Notes under the pieces: generated by a model
Databases searched by the model: none
What the model saw: only the letters and a program-made list of their open reading frames with translations
Told to the model about the DNA's origin: nothing
Translations under genes and position numbers: made by a program
In this document: positions 43,701 through 56,929 of the stretch, in pieces
Layout: each line of letters opens with the position of its first letter
Position numbering within the stretch: position 1 is the first letter of the stretch
Assembly (NCBI GenBank): GCA_950097015.1
Contig: CATNEN010000038.1
Location: 26,102,001-26,166,000, forward strand
Direction of reading: 5' to 3'
Length of the DNA: 64,000 nucleotides
Origin: Macrostomum hystrix
Taxonomy: Eukaryota; Animalia; Platyhelminthes

Positions 43701-46040
43701 TTCCCAATCTCTCTCTACTTCTCACCAATCTCTCTACTTCTACCCAATCTCTCTACTTCTACCCAATATCTCTACTCTCCCCAATCTCTTTCTACTCTCA
43801 CCAATCTCTCTCTACTTCTCCCCAATCTCTCTCTACTTCTCACCAATCTCTCTACTTCTACCCAATCTCTCTACTTCTACCCAATCTCTCTACTCTCCCC
43901 AATCTCTTTCTACTCTCACCAATCTCTCTCTACTTCTCCCCAATCTCTCTACTTCTTCCCAATCTCTCTACTTCTTCCCAATCTCTCTACTTCTCCCCAG
44001 TCTCTCTCTACTTCTCCCCAGTCTCTCTCTACTTCTCCCCAGTCTTTCTCTACTTCTCCCCAGTCTCTCTCTACTTCTCCCCAGTCTCTCTCTACTTCTT
44101 CCCAATCTCTCTACTCTCCCCAATCTCTTTCTACTCTCACCAATCTCTCTCTACTTCTTCCCAATCTCTCTCTACTTCTCACCAATCTCTCTACTTCTAC
44201 CCAATCTCTCTACTTCTACCCATTATCTCTACTCTCCCCAATCTCTTTCTACTCTCACCAATCTCTCTCTACTTCTCCCCAATCTCTCTCTACTTCTCAC
44301 CAATCTCTCTACTTCTACCCAATCTCTCTACTCTCCCCAATCTCTTTCTACTCTCACCAATCTCTCTCTACTTCTCCCCAATCTCTCTACTTCTTCCCAA
44401 TCTCTCTACTTCTTCCCAATCTCTCTACTTCTCCCCAGTCTCTCTCTACTTCTCCCCAGTCTCTCTCTACTTCTCCCCAGTCTCTCTCTACTTCTCCCCA
44501 GTCTCTCTCTACTACTCCCCAGTCTCTCTCTACTTCTCCCCAGTCTCTCTCTACTTCTCCCCAGTCTCTCTCTACTTCTCCCCAGTCTCTCTCTACTTCT
44601 CCCCAATCTCTCTACTTCTTCCCAATCTCTCTACTTCTCCCCAGTCTCTCTCTACTTCTCCCCAGTCTCTCTCTACTTCTCCCCAATCTCTCTACTTCTT
44701 CCCAATCTCTCTCTACTTCTTCCCAATCTCTCTACTCTCCCCAATCTCTTTCTACTCTCACCAATCTCTCTCTACTTCTTCCCAATCTCTCTCTACTCTC
44801 CCCAATCTCTCTCTACTTCTCCCAATCTCTCTCTACTTCTCACCAATCTCTCTACTTCTTCCCAATCTCTCTACTTCTCCCCAGTCTCTCTCTACTTCTC
44901 CCCAGTCTCTCTCTACTTCTCCCCAATCTCTCTACTTCTTCCCAATCTCTCTCTACTTCTTCCCAATCTCTCTACTCTCCCCAATCTCTTTCTACTCTCC
45001 CCAATCTCTCTCTACTTCTCCCAGTCTCTCTCTACTTCTACCCAGTCTCTCTCTACTTCTCCCCAGTCTCTCTCTACTTCTCCCCAGTCTCTCTCTACTT
45101 CTCCCCAGTCTCTCTCTACTTCTCCCCAGTCTCTCTCTACTTCTCCCCAGTCTCTCTCTACTTCTCCCCAGTCTCTCTCTACTTCTCCCCAGTCTCTCTC
45201 TACTTCTCCCCAGTCTCTCTCTACTTCTCCCCAGTCTCTCTCTACTTCTCCCCAGTCTCTCTCTACTTCTTCCCAATCTCTCTCTACTTCTTCCCAATCT
45301 CTCTACTCTACCCAATCTCTTTCTACTCTCACCAATCTCTCTCTACTTCTTCCCAATCTCTCTCTACTTCTCACCAATCTCTCTACTTCTACCCAATCTC
45401 TCTACTTCTACCCAATCTCTCTACTCTCCCCAATCTCTTTCTACTCTCACCAATCTCTCTCTACTTCTCCCCAATCTCTCTACTTCTTCCCAATCTCTCT
45501 ACTTCTTCCCAATCTCTCTACTTCTCCCCAGTCTCTCTCTACTTCTCCCCAGTCTCTCTCTACTTCTCCCCAGTCTCTCTCTACTTCTCCCCAGTCTCTC
45601 TCTACTTCTCCCCAATCTCTCTCTACTTCTCCCCAATCTCTCTCTACTTCTCCCAATCTCTCTCTACTTCTCACCAATCTCTCTACTTCTCCCCAATCTC
45701 TCTCTACTTCTTCCCAATCTCTCTACTCTCCCCAATCTCTTTCTACTCTCACCAATCTCTCTCTACTTCTTCCCAATCTCTCTCTACTCTCCCCAATCTC
45801 TCTCTACTTCTCCTAATCTCTCTCTACTTCTACCCAATCTCTCTCTACTTCTACCTAATCTCTCTCTACTTCTACCCAATCTCTCTCTACTTCTACCCAA
45901 TCTCTCTCTACTTCTACCCAATCTCTCTCAACTTCTACCCAATCTCTCTCTACTCTCCCCAATCTCTCTCTACTTCTCCCCAATCTCTCTCTACTTCTAC
46001 CCAATCTCTCTACTTCTACCCAATCTCTCTACTTCTACCC
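37780..46040. repeat. 8.3-kb pyrimidine-rich satellite (18-21 bp units, CTCTCTCTACTTCTCCCCAGT) with higher-order duplications
   Basis: Directly visible; identical blocks recur, e.g. 38642-38989 and 40290-40637. Confidence 0.98.
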
Positions 46041-46509
46041 AAAAGTTTTGAAAGTTTTAAAACACGGAAAAGAAAAGTCAAGGTTGACGGCTATAAATGC
46101 GGCTCACAAAACTCCTCAATCAGAACTCATAGCCTCCCTATCAACACGGTTTGCTATCTTTCCCCTATCTTACCTCTCCCGTCTCTCATCTCTCCGCTTT
46201 TTTCCACTCCACCTTTCTCATCCTCATTTGTCTCCTATTCCCCGGCTCAATTGCTCACGGCATAAATAATTTAGTGAATAACTCAGTCCTGTAAAGTGTC
46301 ACCTACCCCACCATCAGTGACAGCCATCCCACGCCTCGACGCGCCCAATGAGCTCAGTTTCTGTCGCGACCAATGAGAAGCAATGGGTTAATCATAAATT
46401 GAGGAAGCTTAGAAAAATTGCAACCCGCCTTTTAAAGCAAGAAGCTTTTCAAATTCTTAAACAATCAAATTCTGTTTTTTTATTTTTTTTTCCAGTCTCA
46501 AAGACTGAA

Positions 46510-46602
46510 ATGGAAGCTATTAATCAACAGCAGTGGAGTCTGAGCAATTCATTGTACTCTAATAATGATCCGATAAATTCAGTACAATTTAGTGACCAAG
46601 CT

Positions 46603-46637
<35 letters not shown>

Positions 46638-49633
46638 TTACACAGATCAGATGCAGCTTAACACTAGCTTTGATTTACTGGACGCATATTCAACCGGGTC
46701 GCACGTTCAGCACCTGTCTTTCGAAGCTCCTTACCTGCCGCTGCCCGTGTTTTCCTCTGTATTTGTACCCGATCCTTCAGGTACGTCAAAGTCGCCAATT
46801 CAGTTTAAAAACAGCCACGAAGATCTAATCGACGCGGATCTGTCAACGCCTCAGAGGATCGCGACTACGACGACGACAAGGCGTCGCTTGGGTGATGAGA
46901 GCTCGCGCCGGATTCATCAACGCCGGGCGGCCAACCAGCGCGAGCGGAAACGAATGCGATCCATCAACGCCGCCTTCGACGGACTTCGTCGACGACTGCC
47001 GATTGATCAGAGCGACGACCGGAAGCTGTCCAAGGTTGAGACGCTGAAGTACGCCATTCAGTACATTCAAACACTGGCCGATGTGCTCAGAGAATTGGAG
47101 GCGAACGAGGCCAGATCGAATCCGCAAGGCTGCAAAAGGCCGGCTAAAGTGATCCTGCTATGCGGCACAGCCGACAGAAGCTTGATGCGAAATGGCGCCA
47201 GCAGCGACCGCAGCAGCAGCGTCAGCGGTAAGTTCTTGTTAGCTCATTGCGCAAATTATCACCTATTATAGAGATAGTAATTGCCAAGGACCAGACGATA
47301 ACAATATAGCCCGTGTCACATCTCTCCCTTGTCTTATCTCTCCCGTATCTTATGTCTCCCGTGTCTCATCTATCTCGTGTCTCATCTCTCCCGTGTCTCA
47401 TCTCTCCCGTGTCTCATCTCTCCCGTGTCTCATCTCTCCCGTGTCTCATCACTCCCATGTCTCATCTCTCCCGTGTCTCATCTCTCCCGTGTCTCATCTC
47501 TCCCGTGTCTCATCTCTCCCGTGTCTCATCTCTCCCGTGTCTCATCTCTCCCGTGTCTCATCTCTCCCGTGTCTCATCTCTCTCAGTGTCTTATCTCTCC
47601 CGTTTCTCACCTCTCCCGTGTCTCATCTCTCCCATGTCTCATCTCTCCCGTGTCTCATCTCTCCCGTGTCTCATCTCTCTCGTGTCTCATCTCTCCCGTG
47701 TCTCATCTCTCTCGTGTCTCATCTCTCCCGTGTCTTATCTCTCCCGTGTCTCATCTCTCTGGTGTCTCATCTCTCCCGTGTCTCATCTCTCTCGTGTCTT
47801 ATCTCTCAGTGTCTTATCTCTCCCGTGTCTCATCTCTCTCGTGTCTCATCTCTCCCGTGTCTCATCTCTCCTTGTCTCATCTCTCCCGTGTCTCATCTCT
47901 CTCGTGTCTCATCTCTCCCGTGTCTCATCTCTCTCGTGTCTCATCTCTCCCGTGTCTCATCTCTCCCGTGTCTCATCTCTCCCGTGTCTCATCTCTCCCG
48001 TGTCTCATCTCTCTCGTGTCTCATCTCTCCCGTGTCTCATCTCTCCCGTGTCTCATCTCTCTCGTGTCTTATCTCTCAGTGTCTTATCTCTCCCGTGTCT
48101 CATCTCTCTCGTGTCTCATCTCTCCCGTGTCTCATCTCTCCTTGTCTCATCTCTCCCGTGTCTCATCTCTCCCGTGTCTCATCTCTCCCGTGTCTCATCT
48201 CTCTCGTGTCTCATCTCTCAGTGTCTTATGTCTCCCGTGTCTCATCTCTCTCGTGTCTAATTTCTCCACTGTCTTATCTCTTCTGTGTCTCTGTGTCTCT
48301 TCTGTCTTATCTCGCTTTGTTTACCTTGAGATGAATTAGTTCCTGATTGAATTGGGTAGATTAATTCGTGACGAATCGGTCTTGTTCCTCATTGTAGGGG
48401 AGTTGGCGCACACGGCTATAGTCATAATCGATTTTCGTCCCCTTTTTAAATCCTGTTATGTCACTCGCTGTTAACGTTAAAACTTACAGCTCGCTCAATA
48501 AGAAAGTGGAATTTTTAGAAAACTTGTAAATTTCTGAGGTTTTTAATCGGCATTAAGTCACCGAGATTGGGAACACTGAGGACTCAGGACAGTTAACAGA
48601 CAAAAACACTCGAAGTGATAGATACACAAGAAATTGATAGACAAGATAGAGTGGTGACTGAATTAAATTTTATCAGCGGAAGCGCTCAGAAATTATCAAA
48701 TCTGTGTGATTATCCTTATGTCAGCCATTTATTGTATAATTGTAAGTTTAGGTTTGAATTCATGAGAATCTGTAGGGTAGAGTCCATGAGAGTCTGTAGG
48801 GTAGAGTCCATGAGAATCTGTAAGGTAGAGTCCATGAGAGCCTGTAAGGTAGAGTCCATGAGAATCTGTAGGGTAGAGTCCATGAGAATCTGTAGGGTAG
48901 AGTCCATGAGAGTCTGTAGGGTAGAGTCCATGAGAGTCTGTAGGGTAGAGTCCATGAGAATCTGTAGGGTAGAGTCCATGAGAATCTGTAGGGTAGAGTC
49001 CATGAGAACCTATAGGGTAGAGTCCATGAGAACCTATAGGGTAGAGTCCATGAGAATCTGTTGGGTAGAGTACATTGCCAAGGGTGAGTTAAAATTTCAA
49101 TCTACCAATTTTAACTTCCTCCAGCAAGCAACTCATTCGATTCGATGGGACTCATGTCGATGGAGCCGCAAGGGCCTTCCTGGCAGGAGGAAGACGACTT
49201 GCACGACGAGGATATTCAGCGAAGCCTGCAGGAGTCGCCAGCTGAAATTTGGGGTCATTCGCTGGCCTGGCGGGACGAGCGCGACAATCTGGATCCCGAC
49301 TGCAGAATCCGCTGTCCCACTGTAGAAACGGATGACGAAGACAATGACGGCGACAGCTTGGACCATAGACAGTTGCCAGCAGGCTCAATTGAGCTGGCCG
49401 AGTTTCTTCAGCAGCAACAGGAGCAGCAGGAGCAGCAGCAGCAGCAGCCGGCTGCTCTCCGACAAAGGCGGAGTCGACATCGACGTCGCGGTCGGCGCAT
49501 CCGCGCTGTCCTCTGGACGCCGAAAATGCTGACGAACGGATCTACCAGCTCCTGGTTCGATTCCTCCACGGCCGCTGCTGCCGGAGCTACGAACGACGAA
49601 GCTGACGTTGGCAATAACGTAAACTCGTTGTAG
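46510..49633 (+). CDS. PTF1A: bHLH transcription factor PTF1a / 48-related (Fer1), about 408 aa; exons 46510-47227, 49125-49633
   Basis: The bHLH QRRAANQRERKRMRSINAAFDGLRRRLP...RKLSKVETLKYAIQYIQTLADVL is followed by KVILLC. Exon 2 carries GHSLAW and VLWTP, equivalents of the PTF1a HSLSW and VWTP RBPJ-binding motifs. Phase-1 GT-AG intron. Confidence 0.9.
47310..48315 (+). repeat. 16-bp minisatellite (GTGTCTCATCTCTCCC), dispersed family
   Basis: Directly visible. Confidence 0.96.
48760..49072. repeat. 24-bp minisatellite (CATGAGAATCTGTAGGGTAGAGTC)
   Basis: Directly visible. Confidence 0.95.
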
Positions 49634-49734
49634 CGTTTCATTTCACATGCCCGCATCAGATGTGTGCTCAAATCACAGACTTGCTCAAATCATGGGGAAA
49701 TGTGCGATTGACACGATGGTATATGATGTTATAA

Positions 49735-50190
49735 GGAGAGAGTGAGATGTGACAATGAGAGACTGAGATGTGACAATGAGAGACTGAGATGTGACAATGA
49801 GAGACTGAGATGTGACAATGAGAGACTGAGATGTGACAATGAGAGACTGAGATGTGACAATGAGAGACTGAGGTTTGAGAATGAGAGACTGAGGTGTGAC
49901 AATGAGAGACTGAGATGTGACAATGAGAGACTGAGGTTTGAGAATGAGAGACTGAGATGTGACAATGAGAGACTGAGATGTGACAATGAGAGACTGAGAT
50001 GTGACAATGAGAGACTGAGGTTTGAGAATGAGAGACTGAGATGTGACAATGAGAGACTGAGATGTGACAATGAGAGACTGAGATGTGACAATGAGAGACT
50101 GAGATGTGACAATGAGAGAGTGAGATGTGACAATGAGAGACTGAGATGTGACAATTAGAGAGTGAGTGAGATGTGACAATGAGAGAGTGA
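49735..50190. repeat. 21-bp minisatellite (GAGATGTGACAATGAGAGACT)
   Basis: Directly visible. Confidence 0.95.
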
Positions 50191-50744
50191 TATTTTGCAG
50201 ACGGTTTGATAAATGTTCACTCTTACGTTGATTAGAATGACATGTTACTAGCGTACTCAATATGTATGAGCATACAGATAATGTTATTTTTGCTTGCTGA
50301 AAATAGAAAAAAAATGAATTTTTTTCAAAAGAATATTGTTTTATGTTGTACTTTCCTTGGTATCTTGTACTTTATGAAGTGAAAATTTGTTGCTAATTGT
50401 GTAAATCACGACCTCAAGAGATTTGTGTAGAAGGACTATCAATATAGTTTTCAATATAGTCCCATATGCAGTTATGTTTAAAAAATAATTATACACCAGC
50501 TTTCTAATCTGCTCCGTTATGAGTCAATAGTGGCCTTGCGCAGTGACAGGAGAGCCCACTTTGTCACTCGGGTCTTGCTAATTGACTGCTTTTAGGCTTA
50601 TGCTTAGTAGAAGCGAAAACAACAAAACAACGTCTTTCGAGCAAACACGGCAGCTTCACTCGCTTAGTAAAACAAGGGGAAGCCTTAGATGCGCCTTGAG
50701 AAATATCCCGCTGTCACTCAGAATCTCAGACTCACAGAGGAGAG

Positions 50745-51875
50745 ATAAGAAACGAGAGACTTGAGACAGGGAAGAGGTCAGTGAGACACGGGATAGATGA
50801 GACACGGAAGAGATGAGACAGGAGAGATGAGACACTGAGAGATGAGACACGGGAGAGATGAGACAGGAGAGATGAGACACGGGAGAGATGAGACAGGAGA
50901 GATGAGACACTGAGAGATGAGACAGGAGAGATGAGACACTGAGAGATGGGACAGGAGAGATGAGACACTGAGAGATGAGACAGGAGAGATGAGACACTGA
51001 GAGATGGGACAGGAGAGATGAGACACTGAGAGATGAGACGCTGAGAGATGAGACACGGGAGAGATGAGACAGGAGAGATGAGACACGGGAGAGATGAGAC
51101 ACGGGAGAGATGAGACACGAGAGATGAGACACTGAGAGATGAGACACTGAGAGATGAGACACTAAGAGATGAGACACTGAGAGATGAGACACGGGAGAGA
51201 TGAGACACGGGAGAGATGAGACACTGAGAGATGAGACAGGAGAGATGAGACACTGAGAGATGGGACAGGAGAGATGAGACACTGAGAGATGAGACAGGAG
51301 AGATGAGACACTGAGAGATGAGACAGGAGAGATGAGACACTGAGAGATGGGACAGGAGAGATGAGACACGGGAGAGATGAGACACGGGAGAGATGAGACA
51401 GGAGAGATGAGACACGGGAGAGATGAGACACGGGAGAGATGAGACACGGGAGAGATGAGACACGAGAGATGAGACACTGAGAGATGAGACACTGAGAGAT
51501 GAGACACTAAGAGATGAGACACTGAGAGATGAGACACGGGAGAGATGAGACACGGGAGAGATGAGACCCTGAGAGATGAGACGCTGAGAGATGAGACAGG
51601 AGAGATGAGACAGGAAAGATGAGACACTGAGAGATGAGACACGGGAGAGATGAGACACGAGAGATGAGACACTGAGAGATGAGACACTGAGAGATGAGAC
51701 ACGGGAGAGATGAGACAGGAGAGATGAGACACTGAGAGATGAGACAGGAGAGATGAGACACTGAGAGATGGGACAGGAGAGATGAGACACTGAGAGATGA
51801 GACAGGAGAGATGAGACAGGAGAGATGAGACAGGAGAGATGAGACAGGAGAGATGAGACACTGAGAGATGAGACT
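50745..51875 (-). repeat. 14-16 bp minisatellite, reverse orientation of the GTGTCTCATCTCTCCC family
   Basis: GGGAGAGATGAGACAC units. Confidence 0.95.
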
Positions 51876-52507
51876 AATTATAATTAATATAATTATATTA
51901 TTAATAAGAGAATAATTATATATTTGTTAGTATTTCTATCAATAAGTAATCAAACGAACTGAAGAAGAAGAGATTCACGAGCTGTTATAAGGCATTTTCG
52001 CTGGCAGACCAGTGTATTTTCGTTAGCGCCAAAGCCGCATTGAATAGACAAAAGGCAAACTAGGAAAACATTAGTCAAGTTATTTTTCCTCTTATCGCTG
52101 CTTCCTAAAAAAAGATAGGAGAAACAGGCCAGCCCTGGCCAGAGCAGAAAACAGGTGTCAGATATCAAACCCTGCTGCTGCTGCTGCACTGCATGCTCAT
52201 TTCTCAGATAAGCACACTTTCAGGGCAGTCTGAAAATATCCCTTTGAAAGCACTGCAGTTATTTTACTTGTTATAAACTGCCGTATCTAAAAAACCCCAA
52301 TGGGATAAGCTTGCCTATTTGCCGCCTTATCGAAATCCCATGCAGAACGCTGCAGGCTTTGAAGCCGATTTTTGGGAGATAATGGAAAGAGGGGCTTGTT
52401 GAGTTTGTGTGTGTTGTGTGTGTGTCACTAACGTGGTCTGATAAACTCAACTGGTTTGAATACACATCTGATAACAAATATACAACACACTAATAACTAA
52501 ATTTTGA

Positions 52508-54068
52508 AGGAACGAACAAATGAAGGAATGAACAAATAAAGGAATAAACAAATGAACAAATGAACAAATGAAGGAATGAACAAATGAAGGAACGTACAAA
52601 TGAAGGAATGAACAAATGAAGGAATGAGCAAATGAAGGAACGTACAAATGAAGGAATGAACAAATGAAGGAATGAACAAATGAAGCAATGAACAAATGAA
52701 GGAATGAACAAATGAAGGAATGAAGAGATGAAGGAATGAACAAATGAAGGAATGAAGAGATGAAGGAATGAACAAATGAAGGAATGAAGAGATGAAGGAA
52801 TGAACAAATGAAGGAATGATCAAATAAAGGAATAAACAAATGAACAAATGAACAAATGAACAAATGAACAAATGAACAAATGAACAAATGAACAAATGAA
52901 CAAATGAACAAATGAACAAATGAACAAATGAAGGAATGAACAAATGAAGGAATGAACAAATGAAGGAATGAACAAATGAAGGAATGAACAAATGAACAAA
53001 TGAAGGAATGAACAAATGAAGGAATGAACAAATGAAGGAATGAAGAGATGAAGGAATGAACAAATGAAGGAATGAACAAATGAAGCAATGAACAAATGAA
53101 GGAATGAACAAATGAAGGAATGAAGAGATGAAGGAATGAACAAATGAACAAATGAACTAATGAACAAATGAAGTAATTATCAAATGAAGGAATGATCAAA
53201 TGAAGAAATGAACAAATGAAGCAATGAACAAATGAAGGAATGAACAAATGAAGGAATGAAGAGATGAAGGAATGAACAAATGAACAAATGAACAAATGAA
53301 CAAATGAAGGAATGAACAAATGAAGGAACGTACAAATGAAGGAATGAACAAATGAAGGAATGAACAAATGAAGGAATGAACAAATGAAGGAATGAACAAA
53401 TGAAGGAATGAAGAGATGAAGGAATGAACAAATGAAGGAATGAAGAGATGAAGGAATGAACAAATGAAGGAATGATCAAATAAAGGAATAAACAAATGAA
53501 CAAATGAACAAATGAACAAATGAACAAATGAACAAATGAACAAATGAACAAATGAACAAATGAACAAATGAACAAATGAACAAATGAACAAATGAACAAA
53601 TGAAGGAATGAACAAATAAAGGAATAAACAAATGAACAAATGAACAAATGAACAAATGAACAAATGAACAAATGAAGGAATGAACAAATGAAGGAATGAA
53701 CAAATGAAGGAATGAAGAGATGAAGGAATGAACAAATGAAGGAATGAACAAATGAAGCAATGAACAAATGAAGGAATGAACAAATGAAGGAATGAAGAGA
53801 TGAAGGAATGAACAAATGAACAAATGAACAAATGAACAAATGAAGTAATTATCAAATGAAGGAATGATCAAATGAAGAAATGAACAAATGAAGCAATGAA
53901 CAAATGAAGGAATGAACAAATGAAGGAATGAAGAGATGAAGGAATGAACAAATGAACAAATGAACAAATGAACAAATGAAGGAATGAACAAATGAAGGAA
54001 TGAACAAATGAAGGAATGAACAAATGAAGGAATGAACAAATGAAGGAATGAACAAATGAAGGAATAAA
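52508..54068. repeat. 8/16-bp repeat (AATGAACA/AATGAAGG) with ~672-bp higher-order duplication
   Basis: Directly visible; the variant block gaagtaattatcaaatg recurs at about 53170 and 53842. Confidence 0.96.
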
Positions 54069-54671
54069 GGAGTGCATAGAAAATGCTATTGAAATGAAAT
54101 GAAAGGCAACAAGGCCAGTATAGCAACAAATTGGTAGAGTGTTTTCGCGTGTCAAATATTCAGATATCTATTATTGTTTCTAGTCTTACTAATTAATTAT
54201 TGTTACAAAAATATTCGACTTAAAACCGGTGGTTTTGTTATTTTTTCGTTCATTTTGTTTCGTCTCAATCGTTGCTTTAACTTTGTTTTAACAAAATTAT
54301 CTAAAATCGACACAGTCTTTGATTAACAAAGAACTGAAATTTGGTGTTGGCGGGGTACTCGCAACAATCTCCAAGGCAAGCGGTCTGTGGTTTAGTCATC
54401 AGCTATGCAGACAGAAAACACGCACACACTATAGTAATAGAATATGGTGAGTTGAATTCAAATAATGATATCTCCAATGATTGCTAGATATCCAACTCGC
54501 ATTCTAACAGTATCATTTTAAACTCTTTTGATACATATTTGCTGTTCAATAATTGAAACTTTGAATTGCAGACGACGGAGAATATGGAGCATTTTTATTC
54601 ATCTAATAATTCGAATTTTAGGATAGAGCCTTGTCTAAATCATGATCTTGAAAATCGGAAATGCGTTTCCT

Positions 54672-55312
54672 CTCCTCCCGTGTCTCATCTCTCCCGTGTC
54701 TCATCTCTCCCGTGTCTCATCTCTCCCGTGTCTCACCTCTCCCGTGTCTCATCTCTCCCGTGTCTCATCTCTCCCCGTGTCTCATCTCTCCCGTGTCTCA
54801 TCTCTCCTGTGTCTCATCTCTCCCGTGTCTCATCTCTCCCGCGTCTCATCTCTCCCGTGTCTCATCTCTCCCGTGTCTCATCTCTCCCGTGTCTCATCTC
54901 TCCCGTGTCTCAACTCTCCCCAGTCTCATCTCTCCCGTGTCTCATCTCTCCCGTGTCTCATCTCTCCCGTGTCTCATCTCTCCCGTGTCTCATCTCTCCC
55001 GTGTCTCATCTCTCCCGTGTCTCATTTCTCCCGTGTCTCATCTCTCCCGTGTCTCATCTCTCCCGCGTCTCATCTCTCCCGTGTCTCATCTCTCCCGTGT
55101 CTCATCTCTCCCGTGTCTCATCTCTCCCGTGTCTCATCTCTCCCGTGTCTCATCTCTCCCGTGTCTCATTTCTCCCGTGTCTCATCTCTCCCGTGTCTCA
55201 TCTCTCCCGCGTCTCATCTCTCCCGTGTCTCATCTCTCCCGTGTCTCATCTCTCCCGTGTCTCATCTCTCCTGTGTCTCATCTCTCCCGTGTCTCATCTC
55301 TCCCTTGTCTCT
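54672..55312 (+). repeat. 16-bp minisatellite (GTGTCTCATCTCTCCC)
   Basis: Directly visible. Confidence 0.96.
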
Positions 55313-55535
55313 CCAGTGCCACAATAAATTTACTTCCTTAAAGTGGTTCTAAATATAGCTATTGATCTTTCAGTACATATTGTTGTCTATGGTAAAAAGG
55401 TTCGCGTATTTTGATGGACCCTCAGCTACTAGAAAATAGATTTCTTATCACGCAGCAAAGACTTCATGAGAGTTTTTTTTACTAAGCAACAAGTCTGTGC
55501 TGAGCAGGCATTGGGGTTAGTAAGCGGTGACCAAT

Positions 55536-55949
55536 ATGACTGCATCCTTAGCCTGGATCAAAGTGGACCAAATATTGAACTACAAGTTCAAAAGCACGCG
55601 AGTGGAAGTTCTACTTTACAGTTCAAAGACGTGCCAAATCTGTCAGAGCAAACTCATACCGATCTTTGAGGAGTTGAGTCGCTGGCCCCTTAGCCAATGG
55701 AAGGCCTCCGGATTGACCAGTAAGAAGATAACAGTTCACTTATCTGCTCTGGACACTTCCATGTGTCAGCGACCGAACATCCCGGAGGTGAATGACGTCA
55801 TCATGGTGCCCTGCGTGCAGATGTGGGCGCCATCCGGCTTTGAGTACGAGCCGCTGCGGCTAAACCTCAACTTTGAGAACATGAGCTACGACAGTATCAA
55901 GCAGCAAATGGTTAACTGGATTGTGAAGAATACCAACGAGATTGACTAA
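55536..55949 (+). CDS. Small thioredoxin-fold protein, 137 aa, CQIC motif, intronless CDS
   Basis: VEVLLYSSKTCQICQSKLIPIFEELS has strand + CxxC + helix, like FYAPWCGHCKxLxPxxEEL. The later VIMVPCV resembles the cis-Pro loop. Confidence 0.65.
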   Translation: MTASLAWIKVDQILNYKFKSTRVEVLLYSSKTCQICQSKLIPIFEELSRWPLSQWKASGLTSKKITVHLSALDTSMCQRPNIPEVNDVIMVPCVQMWAPSGFEYEPLRLNLNFENMSYDSIKQQMVNWIVKNTNEID

Positions 55950-56350
55950 AGCGCTGAGAATAGTAACACATTCATTACCTTTTTAATTTCATTTTTAACT
56001 CATTTTCTTCTGCTTGAAGCCGGTTATTTCGGAAAATTCTATGCAGCGGCACTGACAGTTTTTTTGCCAATAGCCAAACAAAAGAACCGCAGCGTTCTCT
56101 TGTTTGTATTTTCAAGAGCGGATCGAGACTCAGTAAAATAAACATTATTTTATTTCTCCGTCTCAAGCTGGCAATTCTACGGCCAATCATTTTCGATGCA
56201 TTTAGGTCCTCATTGGCCTTGGTTCAATTTTTTCTAACGGCACAATGATTACTTATTCTTCCCCTGGGGAAAGTTCACTGCCAATTTCACTTTCCTAAAA
56301 AAGTCCTCCATATGGATCAAAGTTTTCCGCCCTTTCTAATGACCTGACTT

Positions 56351-56929
56351 GAGGGGCGAGGGGGGTCAGCGGCTAACGTCGCTGCCTCGCACTCCAAAGG
56401 ACGCTAGTTCGATTCACTCTTCAGGTCACGATTAATTTCGGTACTTGTTGGGGGGGGTTTGGACAGTAGCGACCGGCGGAGGTGCACCTTATTTCGTGCA
56501 ATCAAAGCTTGAAAAATAGCTTCGCTCCTACCTTTCTGTGTGCCTGTTCTGCGTTGTATGAGTTTGTGCGTTGGCGTTGGGGCGTTAGACCTTGCGGGGG
56601 GTGGCTGGGGGGCGGGTGTACACCGCCGCGCGCTCATCTGGATTTCCGTCAGCGCGATTGGATAAAGTGTACACTCGTCACCCGCCCCCCCCTTGAGGAC
56701 TGATTTCTATCAGCCTTCCGCTTGGTCTGCTCTGTGCGTGTGCGGGCCTGGGGTGAGAGGCACTCCGGCTGCCGCCCCCTTCCCCGCTTGGCTTGCTGCT
56801 GTGTGCGTGAGGTGCCTGCTCAGGGGAGGCGGCGCGATGGGCGGCTCTCGCCTAGTTCGCCGGTCTGGGGGCATGCCGTTCCTGTGTTTGTGCGTCAAGT
56901 GCCCCAGGCCCCCCTGCAAAGTAAGTAAG
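56351..56929 (+). mobile_element. ~580-bp GC-rich SINE (family 3) with 14-bp target-site duplication and (TAAG)n tail
   Basis: TAATGACCTGACTT occurs at 56337-56350 and 56930-56943. The 5' head is tRNA-like (gggtcagcgg ... agttcgattc) and the 3' end reads aaagtaagtaag. Confidence 0.82.

Noticed and set aside
37717-46265. 2699-aa and 2844-aa ORFs
   Set aside because: Stop-free CT satellite open in multiple frames; no start context or domain.
46348-46509. Upstream in-frame ATG extension of PTF1a
   Set aside because: Contains a T-rich acceptor-like tract (ttttttttccag) and UTR-like composition; ATG 46510 preferred, but not proven.
55466-55669. 67-aa ORF overlapping the thioredoxin-like CDS
   Set aside because: No recognisable features; probably a chance alternative frame, though a uORF role is not excluded.
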